This document shows positions 60,963-64,000 of a DNA stretch of 64,000 nt, one piece after another (the stretch's first letter is position 1; the number at the start of each line of letters is the position of its first letter). Below the pieces are notes generated by a model. That model saw only the letters and a program-made list of their open reading frames with translations. It had not been told where the DNA came from and did no database searches. This DNA comes from Verrucomicrobiota bacterium (GTDB taxonomy: Bacteria; Verrucomicrobiota; Verrucomicrobiia; Limisphaerales; Palsa-1400), in contig JBEKDI010000003.1 of assembly GCA_050014435.1 (NCBI GenBank), forward strand, positions 27,901-91,900, read 5' to 3'. Position numbers and translations under genes: made by a program.

Positions 60963-60991
60963 AATTTACAGCAGCATCCATACCATGTCAA
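60963..60991 (-). promoter_or_regulatory. Candidate sigma70-type promoter for the EPS locus
   Basis: The minus strand reads TTGACA (60991-60986), a 17-nt spacer, then TAAATT (60968-60963). It begins 6 nt after the gnd stop and ~235 nt upstream of the RfaH-like ATG. Confidence 0.3.
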
Positions 60992-60996
60992 TAGAC

Positions 60997-62022
60997 TTAA
61001 TCTTTTTTCTCCAAGTGCCCGCCAAAGCCAAACCGCATCGCTGACAACACCTTGTCCTGAAAATCCGCATTGCCGCGCGACATAAACCGTTCGTAAAGCG
61101 CCGTGGTCAGCACCGGAACCGGCACCCCTTCGTCGATGGCGGCCTTGATTGTCCACCGGCCTTCGCCCGAATCCGAGACGCGGCCGGCAAACTGGGTGAG
61201 CTTGGGATTTCCTGCCAGGGCCTCTGCTGTCAAATCGAGCAACCACGATGCGATTACGCTGCCACGCCGCCACACCTCGGTGATGTCGGCCAGATTGAGG
61301 TCGTATTGGTAATTGCCCGGATTGCGCAACGGGGTTGTTTCCGCGTCCGATTCGCTTTGTGTTTTTCCGATATTGGCATCGCGCAGCACGCCCAATCCTT
61401 CCGCGTAAGCGGCCATGAGGCCATATTCAATGCCGTTATGGACCATCTTGACGAAATGCCCGGCGCCATTCGGCCCGCAATGCAGATAGCCTTGCTCGGC
61501 CGTGCTGCCGGACTTGCCCCGCCCGGGCGTGCGGGGAATGTCGCCGATTCCCGGCGCCAGCGCGGCGAAAATGGGATCCAGGCGTTGAACCACTGCCTCC
61601 TCCCCGCCAATCATCATGCAATAGCCGCGCTCCAAGCCCCAGACGCCGCCGCTGGTCCCGACATCGACGTAATGGATTTTTTTCGACGCCAGTTCCCTGG
61701 CGCGACGGAGGTCATCCACGTAATAGGAATTACCACCGTCAATAAGAATACCCCCCGGGGAAAGGGAGGGGAGAATCCCGGCGATAGTCTGGTCTACCAC
61801 TCCCGCCGGCACCATCAGCCAGACCGCGCGCGGTTTGGAGAGTTTCTTGGCCAAGTCGGCGAGCGAAGCGGCGCCAATGGCCTTTTCCCTGGCCAGGGCC
61901 TTCACGGCCTGGGGCGACCGGTCATAGACCACGCATTGATGGCCCTGTTTCATAAGACGCCGCACCATGTTGGCGCCCATCCGGCCCAGGCCGACCATTC
62001 CGAGTTGCATGATTGATTTCAT
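60997..62022 (-). CDS. gnd: 6-phosphogluconate dehydrogenase, decarboxylating (short-chain Gnd/YqeC-like form)
   Basis: [45 protein letters not shown] 62022 overlaps the pgi stop (ATGA). Confidence 0.85.
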   Translation of the reverse strand: MKSIMQLGMVGLGRMGANMVRRLMKQGHQCVVYDRSPQAVKALAREKAIGAASLADLAKKLSKPRAVWLMVPAGVVDQTIAGILPSLSPGGILIDGGNSYYVDDLRRARELASKKIHYVDVGTSGGVWGLERGYCMMIGGEEAVVQRLDPIFAALAPGIGDIPRTPGRGKSGSTAEQGYLHCGPNGAGHFVKMVHNGIEYGLMAAYAEGLGVLRDANIGKTQSESDAETTPLRNPGNYQYDLNLADITEVWRRGSVIASWLLDLTAEALAGNPKLTQFAGRVSDSGEGRWTIKAAIDEGVPVPVLTTALYERFMSRGNADFQDKVLSAMRFGFGGHLEKKD

Positions 62023-63665
62023 GGCGTTCCTTTCCATTTCCGATAGCGTCGGATCAGGTTGTTCGTTGAGTCGTCATGTTTCAAGCGGGGTGGAGTCTTG
62101 CTTTCCAGTTCCGGAATGATGCGCTGGGCGAGCACCTTGCCCAGCTCGACACCCCACTGGTCGAAAGAATCGATGTTCCAAATCACCCCCTGCGTGAAAA
62201 CGCTGTGTTCGTAAAGCGCGACGAGCTGGCCGAGCGTCGCCGGCGTGAGGCGCTCCGCCAGGATCATGTTCGACGGCCGGTTGCCCTCAAAAACGCGGTG
62301 GGGCACAAGCCAATCCGGCGTGCCCTCGGCTTTGACTTGATCGGCGGTCTTGCCGAAAGCCAGCGCCTCGGCCTGGGCGAAGACGTTGGCCATGAGGATG
62401 TCATGGTGGCGTCCCAACGGGGTGAGCGCATGGGCAAACGCCAGAAAGTCGCACGGCACAAGCCGCGTGCCCTGATGAATCAATTGATAGAAGGAATGCT
62501 GGCCGTTGGTGCCGGGTTCACCCCAGTAGATCGGGCCGGTCTGGTAATCCACGGTCCTCCCGTCGAGCGTGACATGTTTCCCGTTGCTCTCCATGGTCAA
62601 CTGTTGCAGGTAGGCCGGGAAGCGTTTCAGGTATTGTTCGTAGGGTAGAACGGCCACCGTTTCCGCTCCCAGAAACTCATTGTTCCAGACCGCCAGCAGG
62701 GCCATCAGCACCGGCAGGTTTTTTTCAAACGGCGCAGTGCGGAAATGCTCGTCCATGGCATGAAATCCTTCCAGCATGGCGCGGAAGTGGTCCCGGCCGA
62801 TGGCCAGCATCGTGGAAAGGCCGATGGCCGAATCCATCGAGTAACGCCCGCCCACCCAGTCCCAGAATCCGAACATGTTGGCCGTGTCAATGCCGAAGGC
62901 CGACACCTTGGCGGCGTTGGTCGAGACGGCCACGAAATGCCGGGCCACAGCACGCGCGTTCCCGCCCAATCCCTTGAGCAGCCAATCGCGCGCGCTTTCG
63001 GCATTGGTCATTGTCTCCAGCGTGGTGAAAGTTTTGGACGACACAATGAAGAGCGTTTCCGCCGGATCGAGGTCGCGGGTCGCTTCCACGAAATCGATGC
63101 CATCCACGTTGGAAACAAAACGGAACGTCAAACTCCGTTCGCTGTAATGGCGCAGCGCTTCATAAGCCATCACCGGGCCGAGGTCGGAACCGCCAATGCC
63201 GATATTGACAATATTGCGAATGCGTTTGCCGGTGTGGCCCTTCCATCCGCCGGAGCGGACGCGGTTGCAGAAGCCGGCCATCTTGTCCAGCACTGCATGG
63301 ACTTCCGGCACGACGTTTTTGCCGTCCACCATAATGCTGGACCCCTTTGGCGCGCGCAGCGCGACATGCAACACCGCGCGATTTTCCGTAATATTGATCT
63401 TCTCGCCACTGAACATGGCATCGATGGCCGCCCGCAAGCCGGATTCCCCGGCCAACTCAAAGAGCAGCCGGAGCGTTTCGTTGGAGACACGATTCTTGGA
63501 ATAGTCGAGAAACAGGCCCGCAGCCTGGGCGGTCATGCGCTGGCCGCGTTTGGGGTCGGCGGTGAACAGCTTGCGCAGATGCGCCGTCTTGATTTTTTTG
63601 CAATGAGACGCGAGCGCCTTCCAGGCGCTGCGTGTGGCGAGGGGTTTGACTGTGGGTTTCATCAT
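62019..63665 (-). CDS. pgi: Glucose-6-phosphate isomerase
   Basis: 548 aa. [29 protein letters not shown], and [18 protein letters not shown] are classic PGI signatures. Confidence 0.95.
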   Translation of the reverse strand: MMKPTVKPLATRSAWKALASHCKKIKTAHLRKLFTADPKRGQRMTAQAAGLFLDYSKNRVSNETLRLLFELAGESGLRAAIDAMFSGEKINITENRAVLHVALRAPKGSSIMVDGKNVVPEVHAVLDKMAGFCNRVRSGGWKGHTGKRIRNIVNIGIGGSDLGPVMAYEALRHYSERSLTFRFVSNVDGIDFVEATRDLDPAETLFIVSSKTFTTLETMTNAESARDWLLKGLGGNARAVARHFVAVSTNAAKVSAFGIDTANMFGFWDWVGGRYSMDSAIGLSTMLAIGRDHFRAMLEGFHAMDEHFRTAPFEKNLPVLMALLAVWNNEFLGAETVAVLPYEQYLKRFPAYLQQLTMESNGKHVTLDGRTVDYQTGPIYWGEPGTNGQHSFYQLIHQGTRLVPCDFLAFAHALTPLGRHHDILMANVFAQAEALAFGKTADQVKAEGTPDWLVPHRVFEGNRPSNMILAERLTPATLGQLVALYEHSVFTQGVIWNIDSFDQWGVELGKVLAQRIIPELESKTPPRLKHDDSTNNLIRRYRKWKGTP

Positions 63666-64000
63666 GGGATTCTCTTGCCGGACGTGTCAGACATTCTCCG
63701 CTGACTCCGCGCTCCGTAAAGTTTCTCTGTAAATCCTCCGCTGTCAAGGAACGCCCGGCCCTGGCTTTCTAACTGGCGCTTCAGCAGGTAGGCGGCCTGG
63801 TTCACGGCACAGAGCATCGCGTTGCCGGCCAACTCCGGCGCGGCTTGCTCCACAAACTCGCTCAACCCGGCCAGCCCTTTCAACCGCACGCCGCCTGCCT
63901 TCGCAGGTGGCAGATTGGGCGCTTGGTCTTTCTCCAGACGCGCCCTCATGGCCAGCGCCTCGCGCGAGTCTTTGGGCCACACCCGCAAGGCGTTCTGCCT
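63662..64000 (-). CDS. Hypothetical protein, 3' part (frame open to the right window edge); possibly four-helix-bundle family
   Basis: The frame has no stop up to nt 64000, so the TTG start in the track is arbitrary. The C-terminal [35 protein letters not shown] is reminiscent of the four-helix-bundle suffix domain by recall only. The stop overlaps the pgi ATG (ATGA). Confidence 0.3.
   Translation of the reverse strand, partial: RQNALRVWPKDSREALAMRARLEKDQAPNLPPAKAGGVRLKGLAGLSEFVEQAAPELAGNAMLCAVNQAAYLLKRQLESQGRAFLDSGGFTEKLYGARSQRRMSDTSGKRIP

Noticed and set aside
5347-63704. Many long plus-strand ORFs within the EPS locus, for example 11556-12326, 14001-14795, 14816-15766, 17813-19282 (489 aa), 23434-24459, 48261-49208, 50639-51553, 53372-54418 and 62745-63704
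   Set aside because: Each is antisense to a minus-strand gene with strong family motifs. All are rich in Arg/Gly/Ala/Pro/His, as expected for out-of-frame or antisense reading of high-GC DNA, and none shows a recognisable motif.
5355-64000. Search for mobile-element or genomic-island boundaries (transposase, integrase, tRNA, flanking direct repeats)
   Set aside because: None was recognised anywhere in the window. The lower-GC core is therefore reported only as a compositional observation and not as a mobile element.

Overview
This is a 64-kb high-GC bacterial chromosomal window dominated by one very large exopolysaccharide (EPS) / exosortase locus carried on a single strand. The VPD-type PEP-CTERM signals and the BspA-LRR surface protein suggest a Verrucomicrobiota/PVC-like organism, but that is inference only. 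Left end (1-5.3 kb): the 5' part of a multi-pass membrane sensor gene lies on the minus strand; it is open at the window edge and therefore absent from the ORF track. A 1,106-aa BspA-type leucine-rich-repeat surface protein and a small lipoprotein follow on the plus strand, closed by a clean bidirectional terminator at 5296-5326. From 5355 to the right edge every credible gene is on the minus strand. In transcription order (right to left) the genes are as follows. First come a partial four-helix-bundle-like gene, then pgi and gnd with stop/start overlaps. Next is a 270-bp leader with a sigma70-like promoter, an RfaH/NusG-like antiterminator and the priming polyprenyl-phosphate sugar transferase. 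A WbpB-WbpD-WbpE (WlbA-B-C order) block follows, then a FemAB-like protein and an AT-rich 19-bp x5 tandem-repeat array. After that come a Wzc-like co-polymerase with a degenerate kinase domain, a 1,111-aa three-domain fusion (esterase-like / GT4 / DUF354-like), WecB and an esterase-like protein. Then come five GT2, one GT4 and one GT10-like glycosyltransferases, AsnB, a methyltransferase, a Wzy-like polymerase and a secreted beta-helix/LamG protein. These are followed by acetyltransferases, two more DegT aminotransferases, an ATP-grasp/HAD fusion, Wzx, a deacetylase and a second FemAB-like protein. Two small proteins carry VPD-type PEP-CTERM sorting signals, and there is a 502-aa beta-barrel. 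The remaining genes are CysD/CysNC (PAPS synthesis), a Doc/AbrB toxin-antitoxin pair, a WbpP-like epimerase, RfbA, an NRS/ER-like reductase, RfbB, a UDP-sugar 6-dehydrogenase, the exosortase, a PrsT-like TPR lipoprotein and a short OPX export lipoprotein. No transposase, integrase, tRNA, rRNA or CRISPR array was seen. Most long plus-strand ORFs in the track between 5.3 and 64 kb are GC-rich antisense shadows. All functional calls rest on motif and architecture recognition by eye; no searches were run.
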